Shown in pieces: positions 1 through 12,124 of a stretch of 42,537 nucleotides of DNA; position 1 is the first letter of the stretch, and each line of letters opens with the position of its first letter. The notes under the pieces were generated by a model. That model saw only the letters and a program-made list of their open reading frames with translations, made no database searches and had not been told where the DNA came from. The translations under genes and the position numbers were made by a program. The stretch lies in NCBI GenBank assembly GCA_033442325.1, contig JAWQFM010000001.1, forward strand, positions 820,853 to 863,389. The letters run 5' to 3'. The DNA comes from Salpingoeca rosetta. Its lineage: Eukaryota > Protista > Choanoflagellata.

Positions 1-32
1 ATTTTTCCCCCCCCCCCCCCCCTTGTGTGCAG

Positions 33-3000
33 CCTGCGCAGTAGTGCCTCCACTCCAATCCTGAAAGCTTCTGCAGCAGCCAAGGTACGCAGACGCGTGT
101 TAGCCTGGAGTTATATTCACGCATTCTCGTGTGAAGCGCTCGTACGAAGCGCTTCGAACCACCTTGCATGCCCTTCTGCGCGCTTGCATTCCTCCCCCCC
201 CCAAAAAAAAACAAATCACATGCGATGTGTTGCATCCACTCACCATGCCTGCCCTCTGCCCTCTGCTTGCTGTCTACAGATGCCTGCAACCGCCTCCCGA
301 CCGCAGTCCGCGCGACGTAGGGACAGCCTGCAGCTTGGCTCAGATACGAGCATGCAGACACGCACGTCCAAGTTCGACTTTCAGCCGCCGCCAGTCAGCC
401 CGGCTTCCAAGCGCACCGTGCGGCGTCCTCACGACAATCTTCGCCCAGCGGGCGCCCTGAGCCGCAACACCACATCCTCCGAGTATGGCAGTGCAAGCAG
501 CACGGCGCCAACCAGCCCAGCAGCCTCTGCTCCCCAGCAGCAGCCAAGCACCCGCCCCCGCATCACCCGTGTGCAATCTGGACGCAAGAATTCTGCGTCG
601 CCGCTCAAGAAGCCGAGCAGCACCAGCGCAGAACCGCTACTGCCTGCAAGCACCAAGCAACAGCAGCAGCAACAGCCGCAATCCCGCCGCCCAAAGGTCA
701 AGCGCGTGCCCATCAACCGCGACTCAGCGTCGCGCAAATCCTCCCAGTCACGCCCACGTGACAACCTTCGTTTTGAGGGGGAGCGCGAGCGCGAGACAGA
801 GTCGTCGCAGTACCGTGCGCCGGTGAGCGGTGAGCGGCAGGGGCCTGTTCGCCACCGTGACAGCCTGGTGTTTGATGGGCAGGACGAGCCTGCGACGACT
901 GTGATGCGGTCTGACTTTGGCGCCAAGGGCACGAGCGAGCGTGCGACGCCATCACGTGCACGTGACAACCTTCGTTTTGAGGGGGAGCGCGAGCGTGAGA
1001 CGGAATCGTCGCAGTACCGTGCGCCGGTGGGCGGTGAGCGGCAGGGGCCTGTTCGCCACCGTGACAGCCTGGTGTTTGATGGGCAGGACGAGCCTGCGAC
1101 GACTGTGATGCGGTCTGACTTTGGCGCCAAGGGCACGAGCGAGCGTGCGACGCCATCACGTGCACGTGACAACCTTCGTTTTGAGGGGGAGCGCGAGCGC
1201 GAGACGGAATCGTCGCAGTACCGTGCGCCGGTGGGCGGTGAGCGGCAGGGGCCTGTTCGCCACCGTGACAGCCTGGTGTTTGATGGGCAGGACGAGCCTG
1301 CGACGACTGTGATGCGGTCTGACTTTGGCGCCAAGGGCACGAGCGAGCGTGCGACGCCATCACGTGCACGTGACAGCCTTCGTTTTGAGGGGGAGCGCGA
1401 GCGTGAGACGGAATCGTCGCAGTACCAGTGGCCACCATCGCTCACAGAGCGGTTGAACGACCTTGAGCTTGAACCCGTGGTGCCCATGTCGTCCACACCT
1501 TCCAAGCCCGTCGAGGTCTCGTTTGCCGCCGTGAGCGCTCCAGCCGCTGCCCCTGCACAGGCGCAGGAGGTTGAAGAGCAGCCACCTGTGGTGGAACCGG
1601 CAAAGCCCATCGCTGTCGCTGATGACGCGCCACTGATTGCAGAGCTCAGATCGCCAATCAACCCAGTTGACTCGCTCGCCTTCAGAGGAGAAAGATTGAA
1701 CGAAAGCACGACAGTGACGACGTTTACGGCGCCCGTCGGAGCAGAGCGTCCGAAGAGCGCGCGGCGTGCGGACACGCTGAGGGGCGCGGGAGGGTGAGCT
1801 TGAGCGGAGCACGACGACCAAAGAGACGTTTGTTGGCGTGAGCGGGGAGCGCCCTGCGGCGTACGGGGACGTTGATCACCTTGTGCCTGAGGCAGGTGCG
1901 CGCGTTGAGGGGGCGAGCACGACGGTGACGACGTTTACGGCGCCCGTCGGAGCAGAGCGTCCGAAGAGCGCGCGGCGTGCGGACACGCTGACGGGCGGGG
2001 AGGGTGAGCTTGAGCGGAGCACGACGACGAAGGAGACGTTTGTTGGTGTGAGCGGGGAGCGCCCTGCGGCGTACGGGGACGTTGACCACCTTGTGCCTGA
2101 GGAAGGTGCGCGCGTTGAGGGGGCGAGCACGACGGTGACGACGTTTACGGCGCCCGTCGGAGCAGAGCGTCCGAAGAGCGCGCGGCGTGCGGACACGCTG
2201 AGGGGCGGGGAGGGTGAGCTTGAGCGGAGCACGACGACGAAGGAGACGTTTGTTGGCGTGAGCGGGGAGCGCCCTGCGGCGTACGGGGACGTTGATCACC
2301 TTGTGCCTGAGGAAGGTGCGCGCGTTGAGGGGGCGAGCACGACGGTGACGACGTTTACGGCGCCCGTTCGGAGCAGAGCGTCCGAAGAGCGCGCGGCGTG
2401 CGGACACGCTGAGGTGGCGGGGAGGATGAGCTTGAGCGGAGCTCGACGACGAAGGAGACGTTTGTTGGCGTGAGCGGGGAGCGCCCTGCGGCGTACGGGG
2501 ACGTTGACCACCTTGTGCCTGAGGAAGGTGCGCGCGTTGAGGGGGCGAGCACGACGGTGACGACGTTTACGGCGCCCGTCGGAGCAGAGCGTCCGAAGAG
2601 CGCGCGGCGTGCGGACACGCTGAGGGGCGGGGAGGGTGAGCTTGAGCGGAGCCCGACGACGAAGGAGACGTTTGTTGGCGTGAGCGGGGAGCGTCCTGCC
2701 GGCGTACGGGGACGTTGATCACCTTGTCCCTAAGGCAGGTGCGGCGCGTTGAGGGGGCGAGCACGACGGTGACGACGTTTACGGCGCCCGTCGGAGCAGA
2801 GCGTCCGAAGAGCGCGCGGCGTGCGGACACGCTGACGGGCGGGGAGGGTGAGCTTGAGCGGAGCACGACGACGAAGGAGACGTTTGTTGGTGTGAGCGGG
2901 GAGCGCCCTGCGGCGTACGGGGACGTTGACCACCTTGTGCCTGAGGAAGGTGCGCGCGTTGAGGGGGCGAGCACGACGGTGACGACGTTTACGGCGCCCG

Positions 3001-6000
3001 TCGGAGCAGAGCGTCCGAAGAGCGCGCGGCGTGCGGACACGCTGAGGGGCGGGGAGGGTGAGCTTGAGCGGAGCACGTCGACGAAGGAGACGTTTGTTGG
3101 CGTGAGCGGGGAGCGCCCTGCGGCGTACGGGGACGTTGATCACCTTGTGCCTGAGGAAGGTGCGCGCGTTGAGGGGGCGAGCACGACGGTGACGACGTTT
3201 ACGGCGCCCGTCGGAGCAGAGCGTCCGAAGAGCGCGCGGCGTGCGGACACGCTGAGGGGCGGGGAGGGTGAGCTTGAGCGGAGCACGACGACGAAGGAGA
3301 CGTTTGTTGGCGTGAGCGGGGAGCGCCCTGCGGCGTACGGGGACGTTGATCACCTTGTGCCTGAGGAAGGTGCGCGCGTTGAGGGGGCGAGCACGACGGT
3401 GACGACGTTTACGGCGCCCGTCGGAGCAGAGCGTCCGAAGAGCGCGCGGCGTGCGGACACGCTGAGGGGCGGGGAGGGTGAGCTTGAGCGGAGCACGACG
3501 ACGAAGGAGACGTTTGTTGGCGTGAGCGGGGAGCGTCCTGCGGCGTACGGGGACGTTGATCACCTTGTGCCTGAGGAAGGTGCGCGCGTTGAGGGGGCGA
3601 GCACGACGGTGACGACGTTTACGGCGCCCGTCGGAGCAGAGCGTCCGAAGAGCGCGCGGCGTGCGGACACGCTGAGGGGCGGGGAGGGTGAGCTTGAGCG
3701 GAGCACGACGACGAAGGAGACGTTTGTTGGTGTGAGCGGGGAGCGCCCTGCGGCGTACGGGGACGTTGACCACCTTGTGCCTGAGGAAGGTGCGCGCGTT
3801 GAGGGGGCGAGCACGACGGTGACGACGTTTACGGCGCCCGTCGGAGCAGAGCGTCCGAAGAGCGCGCGGCGTGCGGACACGCTGAGGGGCGGGGAGGGTG
3901 AGCTTGAGCGGAGCACGACGACGAAGGAGACGTTTGTTGGCGTGAGCGGGGAGCGCCCTGCGGCGTACGGGGACGTTGATCACCTTGTGCCTGAGGAAGG
4001 TGCGCGCGTTGAGGGGGCGAGCACGACAGTGACGACGTTTACGGCGCCCGTCGGAGCAGAGCGTCCGAAGAGCGCGCGGCGTGCGGACACGCTGAGGGGC
4101 GGGGAGGGTGAGCTTGAGCGGAGCACGACGACGAAGGAGACGTTTGTTGGCGTGAGCGGGGAGCGCCCTGCGGCGTACGGGGACGTTGACCACCTTGTGC
4201 CTGAGGAAGGTGCGCGCGTTGAGGGGGCGAGCACGACGGTGACGACGTTTACGGCGCCCGTCGGAGCAGAGCGTCCGAAGAGCGCTCGGCGTGCGGACAC
4301 GCTGAGGGGCGGGGAGGGTGAGCTTGAGCGGAGCACGACGACGAAGGAGACGTTTGTTGGCGTGAGCGGGGAGCGCCCTGCGGCGTACGGGGACGTTGAC
4401 CACCTTGTGCCTGAGGAAGGTGCGCGCGTTGAGGGGGCGAGCACGACGGTGACGACGTTTACGGCGCCCGTCGGAGCAGAGCGTCCGAAGAGCGCGCGGC
4501 GTGCGGACACGCTGAGGGGCGGGGAGGGTGAGCTTGAGCGGAGCACGACGACGAAGGAGACGTTTGTTGGCGTGAGCGGGGAGCGCCCTGCGGCGTACGG
4601 GGACGTTGATCACCTTGTGCCTGAGGAAGGTGCGCGCGTTGAGGGGGCGAGCACGACGGTGACGACGTTTACGGCGCCCGTCGGAGCAGAGCGTCCGAAG
4701 AGCGCGCGGCGTGCGGACACGCTGAGGGGCGGGGAGGGTGAGCTTGAGCGGAGCACGACGACGAAGGAGACGTTTGTTGGTGTGAGCGGGGAGCGTCCTG
4801 CGGCGTACGGGGACGTTGATCACCTTGTGCCTGAGGCAGGTGCGCGCGTTGAGGGGGCGAGCACGACGGTGACGACGTTTACGGCGCCCGTCGGAGCAGA
4901 GCGTCCGAAGAGCGCGCGGCGTGCGGACACGCTGACGGGCGGGGAGGGTGAGCTTGAGCGGAGCACGACGACGAAGGAGACGTTTGTTGGTGTGAGCGGG
5001 GAGCGCCCTGCGGCGTACGGGGTACGTTGACCACCTTGTGCCTGAGGAAGGTGCGCGCGTTGAGGGGGCGAGCACGACGGTGACGACGTTTACGGCGCCC
5101 GTCGGAGCAGAGCGTCCGAAGAGCGCGCGGCGTGCGGACACGCTGAGGGGCGGGGAGGGTGAGCTTGAGCGGAGCACGACGACGAAGGAGACGTTTGTTG
5201 GCGTGAGCGGGGAGCGCCCTGCGGCGTACGGGGACGTTGATCACCTTGTGCCTGAGGAAGGTGCGCGCGTTGAGGGGGCGAGCACGACGGTGACGACGTT
5301 TACGGCGCCCGTCGGAGCAGAGCGTCCGAAGAGCGCGCGGCGTGCGGACACGCTGAGGGGCGGGGAGGGTGAGCTTGAGCGGAGCACGACGACGAAGGAG
5401 ACGTTTGTTGGCGTGAGCGGGGAGCGCCCTGCGGCGTACGGGGACGTTGATCACCTTGTGCCTGAGGAAGGTGCGCGCGTTGAGGGGGCGAGCACGACGG
5501 TGACGACGTTTACGGCGCCCGTCGGAGCAGAGCGTCCGAAGAGCGCGCGGCGTGCGGACACGCTGAGGGGCGGGGAGGGTGAGCTTGAGCGGAGCACGAC
5601 GACGAAGGAGACGTTTGTTGGCGTGAGCGGGGAGCGCCCTGCGGCGTACGGGGACGTTGATCACCTTGTGCCTGAGGAAGGTGCGCGCGTTGAGGGGGCG
5701 AGCACGACGGTGACGACGTTTACGGCGCCCGTCGGAGCAGAGCGTCCGAAGAGCGCGCGGCGTGCGGACACGCTGAGGGGCGGGGAGGGTGAGCTTGAGC
5801 GGAGCACGACGACGAAGGAGACGTTTGTTGGCGTGAGCGGGGAGCGTCCTGCGGCGTACGGGGACGTTGATCACCTTGTGCCTGAGGAAGGTGCGCGCGT
5901 TGAGGGGGCGAGCACGACGGTGACGACGTTTACGGCGCCCGTCGGAGCAGAGCGTCCGAAGAGCGCGCGGCGTGCGGACACGCTGAGGGGCGGGGAGGGT

Positions 6001-6999
6001 GAGCTTGAGCGGAGCACGACGACCAAGGAGACGTTTGTTGGCGTGAGCGGGGAGCGCCCTGCGGCGTACGGGGACGTTGACCACCTTGTGCCTGAGGAAG
6101 GTGCGCGCGTTGAGGGGGCGAGCACGACGGTGACGACGTTTACGGCGCCCGTCGGAGCAGAGCGTCCGAAGAGCGCGCGGCGTGCGGACACGCTGAGGGG
6201 CGGGGAGGGTGAGCTTGAGCGGAGCACGACGACGAAGGAGACGTTTGTTGGCGTGAGCGGGGAGCGCCCTGCGGCGTACGGGGACGTTGACCACCTTGTG
6301 CCTGAGGAAGGTGCGCGCGTTGAGGGGGCGAGCACGACGGTGACGACGTTTACGGCGCCCGTCGGAGCAGAGCGTCCGAAGAGCGCGCGGCGTGCGGACA
6401 CGCTGAGGGGCGGGGAGGGTGAGCTTGAGCGGAGCACGACGACGAAGGAGACGTTTGTTGGTGTGAGCGGGGAGCGCCCTGCGGCGTACGGGGACGTTGA
6501 TCACCTTGTGCCTGAGGAAGGTGCGCGCGTTGAGGGGGCGAGCACGACGGTGACGACGTTTACGGCGCCCGTCGGAGCAGAGCGTCCGAAGAGCGCGCGG
6601 CGTGCGGACACGCTGAGGGGCGGGGAGGGTGAGCTTGAGCGGAGCACGACGACGAAGGAGACGTTTGTTGGCGTGAGCGGGGAGCGCCCTGCGGCGTACG
6701 GGGACGTTGACCACCTTGTGCCTGAGGAAGGTGCGCGCGTTGAGGGGGCGAGCACGACGGTGACGACGTTTACGGCGCCCGTCGGAGCAGAGCGTCCGAA
6801 GAGCGCGCGGCGTGCGGACACGCTGAGGGGCGGGGAGGGTGAGCTTGAGCGGAGCACGACGACCAAGACCGCTTACCGCACGTTTGTGTTTGTCCGCGAA
6901 CACGCATCGACGCATAAAGTGTCCGTAACCGAGTCAAAGGCCTGCGACACGGCCGAGTATGTGGACCTCAAACCCATCAACTTCGAACTCGCCGCGTGA
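33..6999 (+). CDS. Giant tandem-repeat protein, putative SAXO/STOP (Mn-motif)-like microtubule-binding protein; 5' partial, with frameshifts in the assembly
   Basis: Small exon ~33-84 (cag|...aag|gtacgc), intron to tctacag|280, then one long reading path through ORFs 25..1797, 1838..2473, 2470..2718, 2715..5030 and 5038..6999, joined by single-base insertions. Units follow ERP/Q-x5-7-D-x-L-x2-EG-x4-6-(S/T)T-x4-(F/Y). Stop TGA at 6997-6999. Confidence 0.75.
757..1425 (+). repeat. 204-bp coding tandem repeat (68 aa = 2 x 34 aa), ~3.3 copies
   Basis: cgtgacaacc/cgtgacagcc-ttcg recurs at 757, 961, 1165 and 1369. Unit: RDNLRFEGERERETESSQYRAPVGGERQGPVRHRDSLVFDGQDEPATTVMRSDFGAKGTSERATPSRA. Confidence 0.95.
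1705..6867 (+). repeat. 210-bp coding tandem repeat (70 aa = 2 x 35 aa), ~24.5 near-identical copies
   Basis: Unit STTVTTFTAPVGAERPKSARRADTLRGGEGELERSTTTKETFVGVSGERPAAYGDVDHLVPEEGARVEGA, repeated with a 210-nt period. Confidence 0.97.
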
Positions 7000-7512
7000 T
7001 TGTGGCAGTTGGCAGTTTACATGTTCTCGATGTGGCTGCTCATTGGTTTTTTGTTGCCTGAATTGCCTGTCTACCTTTCTTGCCTTGCCTTCCTTCCTTG
7101 CCTGCTTCTTGTGCCATCTTTTTGCGTTATTTCTTCTTACATGCTGGTGTTGACCAGCCAAGATGATGTTCGTGTTGCTTGTTGTTTGGGTGTAGCCTTC
7201 TTGCTTGCATCCGCCCATCAGCTCACCACTGCAAATCACCGTGGACGTCATGGCATGTGATGGCATGTCCCACGGCTTTGTGTTTCCTCTTGCGGTGCGT
7301 AGTTTGTGCCCAATTGCGTTCTCTTCACTCATCTTCTTGAAGTTGATCGTTTGTTGCTGATGAATGTGTTTGGTTTCACTTTGAATGAACGGGCGACACG
7401 ATGACAGCATGTGACAACTCCGCTTCCACACACAGCGCACCTTTCAACTACCACACAAACAACAGAGCGCACCACAATGCACGCTGGCACGACGAAGCAA
7501 GAAAGATGATAC

Positions 7513-8283
7513 TCATTCCTGGAAGTATTTGTCCTTGAGGGACACAAGTTTGAGGTGTTGTTGCGACACACTGGACTTGAGATCCTGTGCCGCGCACAGT
7601 GCATTCTTTGTGCGCTCCACTGTGTTGCGCAAATCAGCGATGGTGGTCTGCAACTGCGCCTTGTGTTGTTCAACCTGTTAAAGGGGGTGCATGCATGTCA
7701 GCGTATGTCAATGTGTACATGTGCGTGGAGAGGGCGGGATGCATGCGTCATTGTGATCAGAGTGCACGCAAAGAATTGCGTTAAGAAGCACAACGTACAG
7801 CGTCTGCGAGCTTCTGCTGTGTTTCGCTCAGGTCGAGCTGGATGCTGTCCTTTGCGTCGCGCGCGCGGGACGACGCAGTCACCTTGAGTTTCTCTTGCGC
7901 ATGGGCCGCAAACTGTTGTCTGAACAGTCGCTCCTGTTCAGACAAGGCATGTGCACATGTACGTGGGCGTGCGCGATGGATGAGAGATCAGAGGAACGCA
8001 GACAGCCAAGCAGGTGCTTGATGCATCGCAGTGCAAGGCACGCGTCTGACCTTTGCCGCCGTTGTGAAGCTCATGTACTCATATGCATACGTCGCCGTGT
8101 ACACGAAGATGCAGCCACCAATCAGATTCCGGATCATCGGCCTGTCATACAACGACAACAGCGCGACGATGAAACGGCGACATAACGATAACACAAAACG
8201 TTTAGCTTCGAGCCACCATCAATCAGCAGTTCACAGATACAACAGGTATGCTCTCAGACAGACAGGCAGGTAGACAAACATGG

Positions 8284-8377
<94 letters not shown>

Positions 8378-8555
8378 CACGCACCTGCGGACGAGGCGGT
8401 ATGCGTATGGGAGGCTTGCAGCAACCATCAGACCGTACGGCGTGTGCGTTGTGATGTCCCAGCAAATGTATGCCACGTCAAATGCAAAGCGTGACAGCCT
8501 GCCTGTGAGTCTCCTTGGCTGGCTGGGAGCAGAATCCTGGTCGTCCGCGAAACAA

Positions 8556-8654
<99 letters not shown>

Positions 8655-9077
8655 ACAACACAGAAACCAGTGAGCTTGGAAGGCAAGGTCGTGTGTTGTT
8701 CGCTTATGGCGATGACAACAGCATGGCTGTCAAGAGCATGTGGCGCAAGGGTACCAACATGCACTACAACTCACCAGCGCCTGCGCGTCGTCCTCAACAC
8801 GCGCTTCAGCTCTGTTGGCTGCCGTCCGGATCGGGGATCGTTCACGAACATGAGCGAAAGTACCAGTGATGAGTTCGAAAAAGAGCGCAAGTACATGGTT
8901 GGATAGGGTGGGGCACACAAACAGCCAAGACTAGGTTACACGCAGACACAGACACGGAGAGATAGAAAGAGACAAAGATGTTTACATCAAAAAAAAAAAA
9001 AAGAGAAAGAGAGATGGAGCAATAGACAGATAGACAGACACAAACACAGACACAACACAACTATACAGACATAGCAC

Positions 9078-9116
<39 letters not shown>

Positions 9117-9403
9117 CACACAGCGCAGGCGGAGCACCTTGTGAGCGGAAGGCGCGCTTGTAGCTGAGAGAGAAGCGGCTGAAGAGATCAGAGGTGAACG
9201 TTTCCAGTGTCAGTCGCACGGCATCAGGCACAAATGCACCGAGGGACTGCCATCCCCAGCTGAAGTGAAACGCAAGGTCCTCGCTGCCACCATCAAGCGC
9301 ACATGAGCAGTCCAGAAGTGAGCAAGTTTGCCGGTGGAGGGGATGTGTGAGTGGGATGAGGGTGTGTGTGTGAGTGGGATGAGGGTGTGTGTGTGTGTGT
9401 GGC

Positions 9404-9462
<59 letters not shown>

Positions 9463-10274
9463 GGGAGTGGAGGGGTGAGGGAGGGTGAAATGGGCCGGGG
9501 AAGATGCACTTGTGCGCGCATGGGCGCGCATGGGCGCACATGCGCGTGTGGGATGTATTGCGGAAACGAGCAAGCAGGAGAGAGCATCGCCGCCAAATGG
9601 CGAGGAGGGGTTGGCGACGCACTGAAAGTTTTCTGGCAAGTGTGTGCAGTCGAGAGTCATGTTGCTTCGGAAAGCCATCTGCACCTGCAAGGAGACAAGC
9701 AGCAACACACGTGCCCCGCGGCAACAAGGGTGGTGGTGCTGTTGTGAGAACAAGGGCGTGGCAAGTGCCATCAGGGCAAGGCACCACATCGCCAAAGAAG
9801 GGGACGAACACCAGCGAAATGCGGACGTGTGTACGCACGTAGCGCTCGGGCGAGGAGTTTTCCGGCAACAGCTCCTTGAAAAGCGCAGTGATGTCCTGGT
9901 GGTGATGGCGGTGGTGGTGGCGGTGGTGGCGGTGAGAAGGAAGATCGGTGGCAATGGAAGGGTTGGATGATAATAGAGAGATGGGAAAAGGAGGGTGACA
10001 GCAACGCAGGGGCAATGAATGGCCGGGGGTGGGGGGTGAGAAAGATGTGGAAGTGAAGGCAGTGACTAGTAACGATGTCACAGATGAGAAAGCAGAGCGT
10101 TGGTACGAACCGTAAACGCCTTTGAGTAGAGTTGCTGGACATGGGGGGCACACGAGTCATTCAACTCAACCTGCAAAGTAAAATGTTGGCACAAGCAAGG
10201 CACGCAGTGAGGCACGCGATGAAGTATGTGGCGAGGCATGTGGTGAAGCAAGCTGCATCGGGTAGACAGGGCGT

Positions 10275-10357
<83 letters not shown>

Positions 10358-11411
10358 GACCTGCAGTTGTGATTCGACGTGTGTGCTGAGCTCCTGCTTC
10401 TCCAACTCGATGCTCTCCTCGTCCTCAAAGTCCGACAGTGACATGAAGTCGTCCACAATGCTGCGACGCGCAGCCATCATCATCGCGGACGGTATGTGTG
10501 TGTGTGTGTGTGCGTGCGTGCGCGCATGTGTGTGAGGGGATATGTGTGTGTGTGTGTATGTGTGTGTGAGAATGTGCGCATGAGCGGGAATTGGAATGGG
10601 AAAAGAAAGGTGCGACAAGTGTCTGTCCTTGCACCCCATCCCCCACAGCTCACCTTTGGAGACGCTGTGACAATATCTCTGTCATCTTCGTGTGCATGTA
10701 TCGCTGAACCTTGTCCGGAACAGTGTGGGCGATGCTTGCTGCGCGCTCCACAATGTCGGGGAGCCTGTAGCATTGTGAAGGGATATGAGCGTGTGTCTCT
10801 GTGGAACCACGCATGCAACGAATAGCACCTCGCAAAACGGAGCCTTGAACAGCCATGACACCACACCACAATGACATGAAATGCCACGACATAAAAATGA
10901 CATGAGACCACAGTGACATGACATATCATTGCACGCGCGGGCGTACTTTGCCTGGATTTTGTTGAGTTTGTCGACTGCGGATTTGAGTTTGGCGTTTCGC
11001 CGCTCGAGATGGCCATCAAGCGCTTCAACGACCGTACGCATCACGCCCTCACACTCCCGCACAACCTGATGCAAGGTGGCGGTGTTGGTGACGTGGAGGG
11101 AGGGTTTGGTGAGAGAGAGAGAGAGTGTGTGTGTGTGTGTGTGCGTGAGTGAGTGAGTGAGTGGATGGATAAGTAATCATAGCACAAGACGCTGTGCCCG
11201 CGCACTGCACCTCGAGTCCCTCGACGACTTTGCTGTGGAAGCGCGTGTCAATGGCGTGGCGCGATGTGGCCAGGGCAAACTCTTCCTCAAACACAGAAAA
11301 CGCCCTGATGGCGATATATGCAAGCACGCCAAATTTGAGATGAGAATGCGGCAGCACTTGCACTCCACGAACAACATGCGCCAGACAGCAGCAAGGCACG
11401 CACACATACTT

Positions 11412-11505
<94 letters not shown>

Positions 11506-12083
11506 ACGCACGCACACACACACACAGAGCGTGCTGGCTGACCTCTGATTGTGGGATGAGGTCGAGCGTGTCGACGAGAAGGCGCTTGGCCAGCCCCAGC
11601 AGCTGCTTGCGGCTCCGATCGCACCGCTGGCCCTGAACGTCGGCAACAGTGGTGACGGCGAGGGTGAGGATGGTGGTGGCGTGTGTGTGTGCATGTGTGT
11701 ATGTGTGTGAGTGTGTGAGTGTGTGTGTGCTAACTTTGGGTGCCAGTTCCCAGCGGTTGAACAGCACAAAAACGTTTGGCTTCGAAAACTTGCGCCTGCA
11801 AGCAAGCAAAGTGAATTGAATGAGAAGTTGAAGGGGAAAACGTCAATGTCCGCAGCCTCCTCTTGCACATCCAAACTTCGCTCCCACCAACGTACAGACA
11901 CACGCACACAGACACACGCACACACAAACACCACACTTATCGCACCTGACTTGCTCAAAAAACTCTGTTGCTTCGCGGCCCAGTGCCATCTCGCCGTTCA
12001 CGACCAGCACAAACACATCTGAAGTGCAGAGGCAAAGAGGAGACAGTTCAGTCGCGGCAAAAAGGACATGTACTTTGGCATGA

Positions 12084-12124
<41 letters not shown>

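Noticed and set aside
1705-6867. 210-bp array as a CRISPR array or non-coding satellite
   Set aside because: There are no unique spacers and no cas genes. The period is a multiple of 3, variation is mostly synonymous, and the context is eukaryotic.
1724-6915. Long Arg-rich antisense ORFs (815 aa, 678 aa and others)
   Set aside because: They are shadows of a GC-rich repeat unit that lacks a stop in one reverse frame. They have no unique domain, and the variation pattern favours the + frame.
7000-7260. Hydrophobic 86-aa ORF directly after the repeat gene
   Set aside because: It has a non-ATG start and lies in T-rich 3'UTR-like sequence between convergent genes, with no recognisable motif.
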